A stretch of 64,000 nucleotides of DNA from Pseudomonadota bacterium (GTDB lineage Bacteria; Pseudomonadota; Alphaproteobacteria; Paracaedibacterales; CAIOTO01). Location of the stretch: the NCBI GenBank assembly GCA_040387495.1, contig JAZKDQ010000001.1:62001-126000 (forward strand), given 5' to 3'. Both the position numbers and the translations under genes were made by a program. Positions 63,435-64,000 of the stretch are shown piece after piece. Numbering within the stretch: position 1 is the stretch's first letter; each line of letters starts with the position of its first letter. A model generated the notes under the pieces. The model had not been told where the DNA came from, did not search any database, and saw only the letters and a list, made by a program, of their open reading frames with translations.

Positions 63435-64000
63435 ATGAAAAATATTAGAAACTTCTCCATCGTTGCTCACATTGACCACGGAAAATCAACGCTTGCCGAT
63501 CGGCTAATTCAATTTTGCGGCGGACTTGAGATTCGTGAGATGAAAGAACAAGTTCTTGATTCGATGGATATTGAACGTGAACGTGGCATTACGATTAAGG
63601 CACAAACCGTGCGATTAACGTATAAAGCAAAGGATGGCGAAACCTATTATTTGAATCTGATGGATACTCCAGGGCATGTTGACTTTGCATACGAAGTAAG
63701 CCGTTCATTGGCGGCGTGCGAAGGTTCGCTGCTTGTGGTGGATGCTAGTCAAGGTGTTGAAGCACAAACACTAGCCAACGTATATCAAGCTATTGATAAT
63801 AATCATGAAATTGTAACGATTCTCAATAAAATTGACCTGCCGGCAGCAGAGCCAGAACGCGTCATCGCACAAATTGAAGAAGTGATTGGCATTGATGCGT
63901 CAGAGGCCGTTCATATTTCAGCTAAGACTGGGCTTGGTATTCCGGATGTGCTCGAGGCGATCGTAAAACGTTTGCCGGCGCCTAAATCAGAGTTTGGTGA
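63435..64000 (+). CDS. lepA: Elongation factor 4 (LepA), 3' truncated by window
   Basis: Manual translation [26 protein letters not shown]...[11 protein letters not shown]...[21 protein letters not shown]. Confidence 0.98.
   Translation, partial: MKNIRNFSIVAHIDHGKSTLADRLIQFCGGLEIREMKEQVLDSMDIERERGITIKAQTVRLTYKAKDGETYYLNLMDTPGHVDFAYEVSRSLAACEGSLLVVDASQGVEAQTLANVYQAIDNNHEIVTILNKIDLPAAEPERVIAQIEEVIGIDASEAVHISAKTGLGIPDVLEAIVKRLPAPKSEFG

Noticed and set aside
1..64000. CRISPR arrays, IS/transposases, integrases, prophage or defence genes, rRNA
   Set aside because: No regularly spaced repeat-spacer arrays or recognisable motifs for these were seen by eye.

Overview
AT-rich alphaproteobacterial chromosome segment. 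The two-piece tmRNA next to an alpha-type sspB, adk after secY, a stand-alone zinc-free rpmJ and orphan secreted proteins suggest a Holosporales/Rickettsiales-like host-associated lineage (inference). In order the window holds: the kup 3' end, a YejA-like SBP, an Nma111-like protease, rpmG, a surface-glycan block between tRNA-Gly and tRNA-Leu (2 GT4, methyltransferase, flippase, 3 tandem O-antigen-ligase-like paralogues), tatA, fmt, znuA, NAD kinase, a frameshifted hmgA-fahA pair, lrp, sixA, dprA, the rimP-nusA-infB-rbfA operon, sspB and a permuted tmRNA, flgFGAH, the str-S10-spc-alpha cluster, two DegP/HtrA proteases, hflKC, mrp, a glycine-zipper lipoprotein, proS and the lepA 5' end. The most striking observation is a tmRNA whose tag frame reads as an unusually long (37 aa), Arg-rich, acid-free peptide, next to an SspB that appears to have gained acidic residues. 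Other highlights: a candidate sRNA with twin CU-rich-loop hairpins, a bacterial half-length Nma111/Deg7-type protease, and a gene-conversion-like tract among the ligase paralogues. No CRISPR array, IS, integrase or rRNA gene was seen. Family assignments are by eye and memory; no searches were run.
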